Assembly: GCA_050916045.1 (NCBI GenBank)
Contig: CP051526.1
Coordinates: 3,712,001 to 3,776,000 of the forward strand
Direction of reading: 5' to 3'
Length of the DNA stretch: 64,000 nucleotides
From: Tepidisphaera sp.
GTDB lineage: Bacteria; Planctomycetota; Phycisphaerae; Phycisphaerales; UBA1924
Shown piece by piece: positions 45,148-53,700 of this stretch. The position numbers were made by a program, and so were the translations under genes. Numbering within the stretch: the stretch's first letter is position 1; every line of letters starts with the position of its first letter. The notes under the pieces were generated by a model. That model was given only the letters and a program-made list of their open reading frames with translations, ran no database searches and had not been told where the DNA came from.

Positions 45148-45909
45148 CTATCCGCCTTTCGCACCCCGCCTTCCGGCGGGGTTTTTCTTTGGACGAAGGC
45201 CATAGAGATTGCGTTTGACGATGTACTGTGCGACCTCCGAGGGAATTCCGTTCAGCCCGGGGATCCGCTTCCATCGGCGCACATCGAGCGGCGCTCCCGG
45301 GATCGCCGCTCGTGCGGCGGTCGAGCTTTCCGGGCTGAGAATGTTCTCGGCGAGGCGTGCTTCCCAAGAAGCGAGCTCCGCTCGCGTCCAGAACGTCTGG
45401 TCCATCGCCTTTCCGAGGGCGCGAGCGGTCACAATCGGTCTGCGACGGAGGACCAGCGGCTCGGCCACCTTGATGATCGCCCTGGGGGACTTCCAACGGT
45501 GGAACGCAACGGCCTGATCGGTGCCGATGAGCAATCGGAGCTTGACGCCCGTAGGAACCACCCGGCGGAGTCGGCGAAGCGTCTCGATCGAATAGCTCGG
45601 CTTGCCGGCCGCCGCACGATCGAGTTCGTCGGACCAGACGAGGACGTGCTTGTATCCGCGGGCCACCAGCCGGACCATGGCGAGCCGCTGTCGGTCGGAA
45701 GCTCGCGGACCGTCGGCTTTGTGGGGGCTTCGCGCGGCGGGGACGAGGAGGATCCTCGTGGTCGCCGGGTCAAAGCCAGCCAGCGAGGTCAGTGAAGCGA
45801 TCTCGTGCCCGAAATGCGGCGGATCGAAGCTCCCTCCAAACACCAAAAGCGTTCGGACCCACTTGGGCAACGCAAGCGGCGTGATCGGCGGTCGGGTCGC
45901 GGTCGGCAT
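45148..45909 (-). CDS. nadD: Nicotinate-nucleotide adenylyltransferase
   Basis: FGGSFDPPHFGH, SPHK, SYSIETL, LIGTD, SSTAAR. Confidence 0.9.
   Translation of the reverse strand: MPTATRPPITPLALPKWVRTLLVFGGSFDPPHFGHEIASLTSLAGFDPATTRILLVPAARSPHKADGPRASDRQRLAMVRLVARGYKHVLVWSDELDRAAAGKPSYSIETLRRLRRVVPTGVKLRLLIGTDQAVAFHRWKSPRAIIKVAEPLVLRRRPIVTARALGKAMDQTFWTRAELASWEARLAENILSPESSTAARAAIPGAPLDVRRWKRIPGLNGIPSEVAQYIVKRNLYGLRPKKNPAGRRGAKGG
45163..45190 (+). terminator. Intrinsic terminator of metK (overlaps the nadD 3' end)
   Basis: ACCCCGCC-ttcc-GGCGGGGT followed by TTTTCTTT. Confidence 0.75.
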
Positions 45910-45998
45910 GACGAATCGTACCGGAAGCCCCGCAGGTCGATCGCCGCTCCGCCCCCCGGATGACTCCAAGAAGGTGCGGTCCTACGATCTGCCCGGCT

Positions 45999-46073
45999 GG
46001 CCCCGTCGTCTAGCCTGGTCCAGGACACATCCCTTTCACGGATGCGACATGGGTTCGAATCCCATCGGGGTCA
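45999..46073 (+). tRNA. tRNA-Glu(TTC), integration site
   Basis: GGCCCCG/CGGGGTC stem, anticodon arm CATCC-CTTTCAC-GGATG, GGTTCGAATCC. Confidence 0.95.
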
Positions 46074-47934
46074 TTTTAGGTTTCCGAACGGTATCGCAAA
46101 GTGTCGCAAGTGCCTGATTTTCAGGCACTTGTGGTTTTTGGACCGGATCGGGTTTCTGCTCGATTCGAGTCGTTTCCGCTGCTTGCTGCACCGGATTCTG
46201 CACCGCTTTTGCAGAGCTCATTGACGCCCGTGCGGTCTCGTAATCCGCTTCTCGGACAGAGAGATAGCTCTGTGCAGCAACGGTGGTGGTGTTACCCAGC
46301 CAAGCGCAGACGACGTGCAAGGGGAACCGCTCGGTGAGCTCGGTTTGACGTGACGCTCGCAGATTGTGCCACACTCGGGGCCAGGGCTCGAGGCCCGCCC
46401 GACGGATGATCCGCTTGAACTGCGTGCCGAGGTTGATGTTCGACCGCCCATACCCATCGGTGCGACGAAAGCGCTCGGAGATCACGAATCGGGCGCCTGC
46501 GGGTGCTCTCGTCCGAGCCTGCTGTAAGTAAGGGACAAGCTCAGGGAACAGCGGAATGGTCCGGGTCTCCTGATTCTCACTGGCTTCCGTCTTGGGCGAG
46601 TTGACGGTGATGCGCCCGCGTTCCCAGTCCACGTTTTCCCACTTTAACGCAAGATGCTCACTTGGACAACGCAGACCCCCATACCGGGACAGAGCGATCA
46701 GCAACCGCCAATCGTCATCTGGACACACGGCCATGACGCGGTCGATGATGTCCTTGGGAACAAATCGAAGACGCGTGGTATTGGTCTGGCTGCCCGCTGG
46801 AACCTCGGCAAAGGGGCTTTCCCCACTTCGCCCGAGCACCGCGAGGTAGTTGGAGAGACTCTGCGTGAGGTAGATGGTGCATGCTCGGCTCGCGCGGGCA
46901 GTCGCCTGAAAGTCCATGTCCTTGGCGGTGATGAAGTTCTGCGCCTCGTCTGCCCAGAGGAACACCGGACGACCGTTGGCGGTGATGCTGCGTGCCTCGG
47001 TTGCACGCTGCCAGAGGTACTTCCAGATGATCTGGGCGATGCGGCCCAGTTCGTGATAGACCTTGATCGGGAGATCGATGATGACGATGCGTCCGTCATG
47101 GGTGCACTCAGGGGTGATCGTCGTGGTGGTTCCGAAGAGTTCGCGGAGTTGGCCACGTCGCATGCCGTCGGCAAGAGTGGTGAACGTCGACACGATGCTC
47201 GCACGGGTTCGTTCATCAAGCTTGGGAAACTCCCGGAGCCAGTACTCCGCGGTGATGTCGAGATCGTGTCGCTCACTCTCCGTGAGCCGACGGTCCCTTG
47301 CTCGCATCAGCCACAGGCAGCAGCGCGAGTTGGCAACCCACGTGGGATCGCCAAGGGCATCGGGATGGGTGGGTGCTGACAGAATCACGTCTGCAATGTC
47401 GGCCAGAGCCACGGTGCCATTGGCAAGGACCGCAAGGTCGATCGCGTTGCGAAGCAACTGACGAAGCGCTCGGGCCCAGAACGGGTCTTGAGAAGCTCCC
47501 CCTCCACCACCGTCCCGGTCGGCCACCTCCAGGACCTCTCCAAAGATGGCCACCAGATTCTCGGTGATGCCGGCCCCGCCGGTGCGTTGTTCGCACCTCG
47601 CCCGCTCGTAGTCAAGGAAGTTGAGCCGATGGGGTTGGTTGACGCCAAAGACGATCACGTCCTCGGCGCGGCCGGTGTCAGCGGCATACTTCTTCCAGAG
47701 CTCGACTTCGTCAGGCTTGGCGGTGAGCACGAGTCCGCCGAATCCCGCCAATAGCATGGCACGCGCGATCGCGGCACCCGACCCTGAGGTCTTGCCGCTT
47801 CCTGTAGCTCCAAAGATCTGGGTGCCCTCGCAGGCATCTGCGACCGTCCACGGATCGTGTGGCGTCATCATCAGCAGCGGGTGCTGCATGATGTCGCTTG
47901 GAGGCTGGGGGGCTTTGCTCCACGGCCATTTCAT
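46036..47934 (-). CDS. Chimeric ORF: VirD4/TraD-like coupling protein N-part fused to tyrosine recombinase catalytic domain
   Basis: GATGSGKT and FLWADEAQNF in the first ~371 aa; GGLRCP, SPK, HNLRASR, WLGN, SYL in the last ~261 aa. Confidence 0.85.
   Translation of the reverse strand: MKWPWSKAPQPPSDIMQHPLLMMTPHDPWTVADACEGTQIFGATGSGKTSGSGAAIARAMLLAGFGGLVLTAKPDEVELWKKYAADTGRAEDVIVFGVNQPHRLNFLDYERARCEQRTGGAGITENLVAIFGEVLEVADRDGGGGGASQDPFWARALRQLLRNAIDLAVLANGTVALADIADVILSAPTHPDALGDPTWVANSRCCLWLMRARDRRLTESERHDLDITAEYWLREFPKLDERTRASIVSTFTTLADGMRRGQLRELFGTTTTITPECTHDGRIVIIDLPIKVYHELGRIAQIIWKYLWQRATEARSITANGRPVFLWADEAQNFITAKDMDFQATARASRACTIYLTQSLSNYLAVLGRSGESPFAEVPAGSQTNTTRLRFVPKDIIDRVMAVCPDDDWRLLIALSRYGGLRCPSEHLALKWENVDWERGRITVNSPKTEASENQETRTIPLFPELVPYLQQARTRAPAGARFVISERFRRTDGYGRSNINLGTQFKRIIRRAGLEPWPRVWHNLRASRQTELTERFPLHVVCAWLGNTTTVAAQSYLSVREADYETARASMSSAKAVQNPVQQAAETTRIEQKPDPVQKPQVPENQALATLCDTVRKPKMTPMGFEPMSHP
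46053..46076 (+). repeat. att core, left copy
   Basis: GTTCGAATCCCATCGGGGTCATTT, identical to 58331-58354. Confidence 0.95.
46187..46205 (+). repeat. Putative integrase arm-type site, left
   Basis: TGCACCGGATTCTGCACCG, identical to 58269-58287. Confidence 0.75.
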
Positions 47935-48511
47935 TCCGCATTCTCTACCTGCCTCGAATCCCGAGTTCTACTGCTCGCTCGTTTTTCTCTGGCACTTCAC
48001 GCGAATGCCACGTGAACGTGGCGAGCCACGTAGGCGTGTCACGTTCCTGTGGCACACCTGACCTGGAGGCCTTTGCTTCCCATCACTACTGTTTGCGCTA
48101 GGGCCAGCCCGTCGGTGACGATCCCGAGAAAGTCGTGGCATGAGCTTCCCGGCGTCTTTGCGTCGTCCTCCATGTGGATCGGTGGCTTCGGCTCTGCGTC
48201 GACCGTGCTCTTATTGGCGGTCACGCCGACGAGCATGGTCGTCGCCACGCGACACCTCTCGCGCATGGAGAGGGGCGGCTCGAGTCCATGTGGGTAGCAT
48301 GCCGAGTCGCTGACCTCCGAGTTCGACCCATCGGTCGCTGGGGAAACCGGCGATCAGTGGCACGGGTCCGTTCGCTCGATCCTTGCCACACGCCTTGCCG
48401 CGTATGGCACTTGATCTACGCGAGTTCAAGGACTGACACAACTTCGTGTCATAGGCGGCAGTTCATGCGGTGGGTGTACCGAACCGGAGACTTTGGTTGT
48501 ATGCTAAACGC

Positions 48512-49306
48512 ATGAGTAAAATCCCATCGAGCTCTCGCCGCGCATGCCGCCACGCTGCGATTCTGCTGAGCGGATGTGCGGCGGCTGCTGGGTTGGCGCC
48601 CGCCTCGTCCGCGCAATCCATCGAGGCACTCCCGACGCCGCTTCTAGATGTCAGCGGCGTGAGTGGAGATGGCCGGGTCATCGTGGGCAGCTCGTCAGAC
48701 GGAACGCCATCCATGTGGTCGGCCGATCGCGGAGTCGAACCGATCCCCCTTCTACCCAACACCACGTCCGGGAGGAACATCCGTGTGAGCGAGGACGGGA
48801 CGACCGTCGTGGGCGTCATGAGGGGGGTCGGTCGGATCAATTCGACTGGGATGCGATGGACGGATGCGGGCGCCTTCCTGCTGCCCATTGCGGAAGGCGC
48901 GGTGGACGTCAACTGGGATGGCTCGGTGGTCGTCACCTCGACGGTCGTGTGGACTCTCGCCCGGGGGGCTTCGAGCGTTTCCACAGAACTGAGCCGTCGC
49001 GGCATTGTGTCGGGCGACTGGAGCGGTCTGCAAATCACGGGGATGTCATCAGACGGAAGAGTGCTGGTGGGAGTGGGTAGGCGGGGCGGAACGTTTAGCG
49101 GCTGGCGAGCCACATTGCGCTGTCCGCTTTCGGTTCCGTACTGCCGAGCGGACTCCACCTGCGATGGCTTCCTCGACTTCTTCGATTACGACGCTTTCGT
49201 TGAGGCGTTCGAGAGCGGCAGTGTTTCCGCGGATTTCAATGGGGATGGCTTCTTGGACTTCTTCGACTATGACGAGTTCGTTTCGGCGTTCGAGACCGGC
49301 TGCTGA
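48512..49306 (+). CDS. Secreted HAF-like repeat protein with C-terminal GC-type dockerin-like domain
   Basis: GVSGDGRVIVG, VSEDGTTVVG, MSSDGRVLVG repeats; CRADSTCDGFLDFFDYD..ADFNGDGFLDFFDYDEFVSAFETGC. Confidence 0.8.
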   Translation: MSKIPSSSRRACRHAAILLSGCAAAAGLAPASSAQSIEALPTPLLDVSGVSGDGRVIVGSSSDGTPSMWSADRGVEPIPLLPNTTSGRNIRVSEDGTTVVGVMRGVGRINSTGMRWTDAGAFLLPIAEGAVDVNWDGSVVVTSTVVWTLARGASSVSTELSRRGIVSGDWSGLQITGMSSDGRVLVGVGRRGGTFSGWRATLRCPLSVPYCRADSTCDGFLDFFDYDAFVEAFESGSVSADFNGDGFLDFFDYDEFVSAFETGC

Positions 49307-49429
49307 CTCTCATGGCGGTGCGGTCGCTGCCGCGGCTTTCTTCTGCTCGCCTTCGTCCATCGGCATGGTTACAGACCCTGAATTATGCCTAGGGCGCAAT
49401 CGGGGGTGACAGCCAAGTCAAATGTCCAT

Positions 49430-49463
49430 CCACCACCCTCCTAAGCGGAGGGATGGTGGCACC
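49430..49463. repeat. REP-like imperfect palindrome
   Basis: CCACCACCCTCC-taagc-GGAGGGaTGGTGG-CACC. Confidence 0.5.
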
Positions 49464-49556
49464 AGCTTCTCCCGTTCATTCGACGGCGTGTCGATGGTCA
49501 GGGCGTCCGCTTGGGTCGTGCCTCGTAGTGCCGCCTGTCACCACGGGCACCCGCCA

Positions 49557-49649
49557 AGCGGCTTCAAGCTGCCGCGCGAAGAGGTCGCGGATCGGCGGCA
49601 TGAGGAGCAGAGGGACCCTGCGGTAGGTCGAGAATGTGAGGATGCGGAG
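49557..49649 (-). pseudogene. N-terminal remnant of a RAYT/IS200-like Y1 transposase
   Basis: Reads LRILTFSTYRRVPLLLMPPIRDLFARQLEAA; no HUH motif follows. Confidence 0.5.
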
Positions 49650-50020
49650 GCTCGGACGGGCTCATGCTGCACGATACCCCGCTGAGGGATTCGACGTTTC
49701 ACGCTGCACCGACGTCCATCCACGATGCGCCGAAGCGGCGGATCGTGGTACCCCCGCCATCAGTTGTGCAGAGACGGATTCCGTCGAACGAGTCCAACAC
49801 GCCCGGCAAAACAGAGTCAGTCGTGCCACCCGCCGTACCGCAATTCTCGGCTTGCTGGTGCAGCAAATTCAGGAGCCCGTGTCAGAAGCTCGCCGTCGGC
49901 CATTTGAGCGCGAATAGCACAGCAAGTGTCGCCGTTGAAGTCCGCGAACGGCTACCACGCCGGAATGGCATAACCGCACTCTCAGTACCATTTTCGGGTT
50001 GCCGTTCACCGCAGGCTTAC

Positions 50021-50698
50021 TTACGGTTTAAATTGGCTTGCTGACAACGAAGAGCACAAGGCCCGAAATTCAGAAATTTTAGTTACTTGTGACGAAGCTG
50101 ACACCCATGCAGGGCTTCCATTCAAGGATGCGCCCAGTTGTTGCGCAACAAAAGCCAGATCCAGATTCAAACAAACAGTATCAGAAAACTCCGGATTCGC
50201 CTTACTGAGAAAACCGCAAGAAATAATAAACAGTGACGACTCATTATCCACATGTAAAATGGCGGCAGGGCCTAATGGGCTGCGCACGTGGACAAGCTCC
50301 GTGGGCGAGCCGTCTGGCACAATAACGCTCTCTCTAATGCTATAGCAAGTGTATTTCCTTCTGTGTACATTTAACGACAATGCAACCTCCGCCCGAGAAG
50401 AAAGACTGTCCGCAAGTTGCCTTGCCTGATCGAGCGAAACAGCGAAGGGCGCACGTATTAGAAAATGTGCTTCAAAGAGCTGTTTTACCGGGTGTCGCTC
50501 AAGACCAAGTAGGAATAGCTCAATTGACTGCGGCCGTTCTCCCCAGTCACATCCCACCAAATGTTCGTACTGATTAGTCGATAACTTTCGGAACTGATCC
50601 TCAAATCGAATATGATCAAACGCCGCAGGGCCTTCGCAGACAGAGTTGCAGCCGCCAATGACGCCCAAGCACACAATGACCACAAAATATCTATTCAT
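50021..50698 (-). CDS. Putative Rhs immunity lipoprotein
   Basis: 12 nt after the Rhs stop, AT-rich like the toxin tip, lipobox-like IGGC. Confidence 0.7.
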   Translation of the reverse strand: MNRYFVVIVCLGVIGGCNSVCEGPAAFDHIRFEDQFRKLSTNQYEHLVGCDWGERPQSIELFLLGLERHPVKQLFEAHFLIRAPFAVSLDQARQLADSLSSRAEVALSLNVHRRKYTCYSIRESVIVPDGSPTELVHVRSPLGPAAILHVDNESSLFIISCGFLSKANPEFSDTVCLNLDLAFVAQQLGASLNGSPAWVSASSQVTKISEFRALCSSLSASQFKP

Positions 50699-50710
50699 AC
50701 TTGGGTATCC

Positions 50711-53700
50711 TTAAGAGAGAATTACTCGGCCACGATGACATCTTGGAATTCTATTACTCGGTGTTCTAGAGTTTTCCAGCAGCCTGAGGCAAGTCGCGTG
50801 ACAGTCGGAACTTGGGCATCGAGGGTGCACAACGGACCCGCAAGCTGCCGTGCACAACTGCGACATTTGGGTCAAAGTGCCAGTTGCATCATCAATATTG
50901 CATATCCCAGCAGGATTGGCGTCTGCACAGTACGCTTCAATCTCATTGCATATGAGATCGCCGCAGTAAACTGGAGGGCCGTTCTCGCAGCATTGTCTAG
51001 CATGCGTCAACTCATGAACGAGCAGTCTGACGGTATTGTCATAATGTTCCGGCGGTGTGATCGGCTCGCGATCTGTGCAAAGCACGACAAGCGGGCAATT
51101 TCTTCCGGCAACTCTCGTACATCGCGTTACACCCATAATACCTGCAATGGTTCGCACGTTGCGACTAAGGCAATCATTGTCATTACAAGGAAGACAGAGT
51201 ACTGCCGCGCAATGGCCGTGTTCAAGATCAGGTTGGTTGCATGCGCGTTTCAAATCTTCACGAATCGCAAGAACTCGGGTATCTTTATACGCATCCCGTA
51301 CAACTCTTGGACACCCCTTTGAATTACGCGCTTGTTCCAGTAAACACAGATCGTTGCGAACTTCACCAGCAGGTGTTGCTCGCGGATCATTCGTAGCTGT
51401 GCAGCCGCCGATACACGGAGAACGTGAAATGAGACCATCGGCATCGCGGAGCAGCACTGGGTTGGTGTTCACATATCCATACAAGTTAGACCCGTCAACG
51501 TACTCAAGAGGATCGCGCTCGCTCCAAATTCCGGCTAGCGGCTCAAACTCCCGATTCCGCACGAGGTACTGCTGAGTGCTGGGCTCGAACCAGTATCCTG
51601 CATACCCGAGCCGGTTCACCGCCGCGCTACCGCTCGACTGGCTCAGCACGCCGCGGGCCGTGCTCCCCTGCTCGGAGAAGGTCAGGTCCCACTCGTCGTA
51701 GTCGAACGAGTCCACGAAGCCGTCCAGGTTCATGTCCGCCGTCTGCCCGCTCGGGCAGCTCACGCCCGTATAGCAGTCGTCGTACGCGATGTCGTCGAAC
51801 GCGTCCACGAAGCCGTCGAGGTTGAAGTCCGTCACCGGCACCCTCATCGCCACGCCATAAGCGCTGTACTTGATCCGCTCCAGGATTCGGCCGGTTTCCG
51901 TCATCGTCACGCTCACGTCCGCTCGCCAGTTCTGGCCATAGTAGAGCCGCTGCTCCATCGTCGCATCCGCCGACGAGTTATTGGACCCCGTCTGGTCGCG
52001 GTCACGCAGGATCACCGAGTCGATGTACGAGCCCATCCCGTTCCGGCCCGATGCATGGTGGACGTACCGCTCCCTCGGATTCGAGTCCACCGCGCCGGTG
52101 AACGTGCTCCCGCCCGCCACCATGTACGTCGCCACGCGACGCCACCTGGGGTCGTAGACCGTCCACTCCCACATGTCGGTCGAGTCCACATCGCCGTCGG
52201 CGTCCAGGTCCGCGTGACGCCCGATCTGGTGGTTCAGGCCGTTGTAGGTGTATTCGACGACCAGCGCCGAGTTCGAGCGGTTCTTCACCTTCCGCAAGCG
52301 GCCGAATGCGTCCCACTCGTAGGTGTAATTCACCCCGTCGTCGGTCTGCTGCCCGTTGGCGTTGTAAGCCGGGTTCTTGGTCACGCTGTTGTTCACGCGC
52401 GTGGCCATCTCGTTAACCGTGTTGAACGTGCGGGTCTCGTTCTTCTCGTCGGAAGGACCGAACGCCGGGCTTGTGAACGAGCCGTCGCCGTTGAGGTCGC
52501 TGGTAAAGGTGCTCCAGCCGCCGACCTGGTTGAGGGTCCAGGTCTCCTTGCGGGTGCGGCTTCCGATGGTCCCGCTGCTCAGGGTCCCCTCATCGGCGAC
52601 GATGAGCCGGTTCAGGCCGTCCATGTCGTACTTGGCGTCGTAGCCCGGGAGGATCTCATCCTCGGCGGTCACGATGTTGCTGTCGCGGTCGTAGCCGAGC
52701 TTGACGTAGTAGATCTGACTTCCGTTGGTGCGGGTCCATCGGCTCTCGATCACGCGGTTGAAGAGGTCCAAGCGGTCGTAGTTTGCCGTGCCCGCGCCGT
52801 AGAGCATGCTTTCCGCGGCGGGCTGGGGAAGTTCCGTGCCCACCAGCGTGCCCGAGCCGAAGTAGTCGTAGTTCGCCAGCGTGATCGTGCTCAGCGGTGA
52901 ACGCACGAGCACATCCTTGACCGAAGCCACCCGCGAGACGCAGTCGTCGATCCCGGTGGCCGTGCCGTAGGACAGGTCGATGTCCTTGCCGCCGGGGAGC
53001 GTGATGGTTTCAAGCCGGACGGCTTGGGCGCCGCCGGTGGCCTGGTAGGGGCTTGAGGAGTAGGTGTAAGCGACCTCGCGGTAGCCGCCACCAGCGACGG
53101 TGCCATCCTTGTCCTGGCGGAAGTTGGTCGCGTTGCCCCAGTCGTCGTAGAGGTATTGCACCTCGTCGGTGACGTTGCCGCTCGAGGCGGCGTCGTACTG
53201 CGTGATGAGGTTGGGTTGGCCCTTCGAGGTGTAGTCCATCTGCACGCGCCGCACCGCACCATCGAAGCCGGAAGCCAGCGTCGTCACGGCTCGGATCGTG
53301 GGACGGCCGCCGGTGTCGTAGGTCGTCTCGGTCACGTTGCCCGCTTGATCCTTGCGACGGATCTCCTGGCCCAAGGCGTTGTACGCCACCGAGACCAGGT
53401 CCGTGTCCGTCGAATCGATGTTGGCGACGGTGGTGCCGCCGTTGCTGCTGTCCGGGTACTTCGTCGCTCGGAGCAGGTGACCTGTGGCAATCGCCGAGAG
53501 GCCGGCGGTCGCACCCTTGGTCGTGCCGTAGATGTACGTCGTCACCTGGTCCGTGCCGCCGGGCATCTTGGCGGTGTACGTCGTCATCAGGCCCTTGGAG
53601 AACCCGTACTCGATCGTCTGGTCCTGGTCGTTGTTCGTCCCGCCCCCCGGCGTGCCGTCGGTGTAGTTGCGGATCGTCTTGACCGTGCGGCCCGCGTCGT

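Noticed and set aside
47935..48470. Possible relaxase end or other ORFs upstream of the coupling-protein fusion
   Set aside because: Only a ~21-codon frame overlaps the ATG, and the 75-aa ORF at 48039-48266 has no recognisable motif
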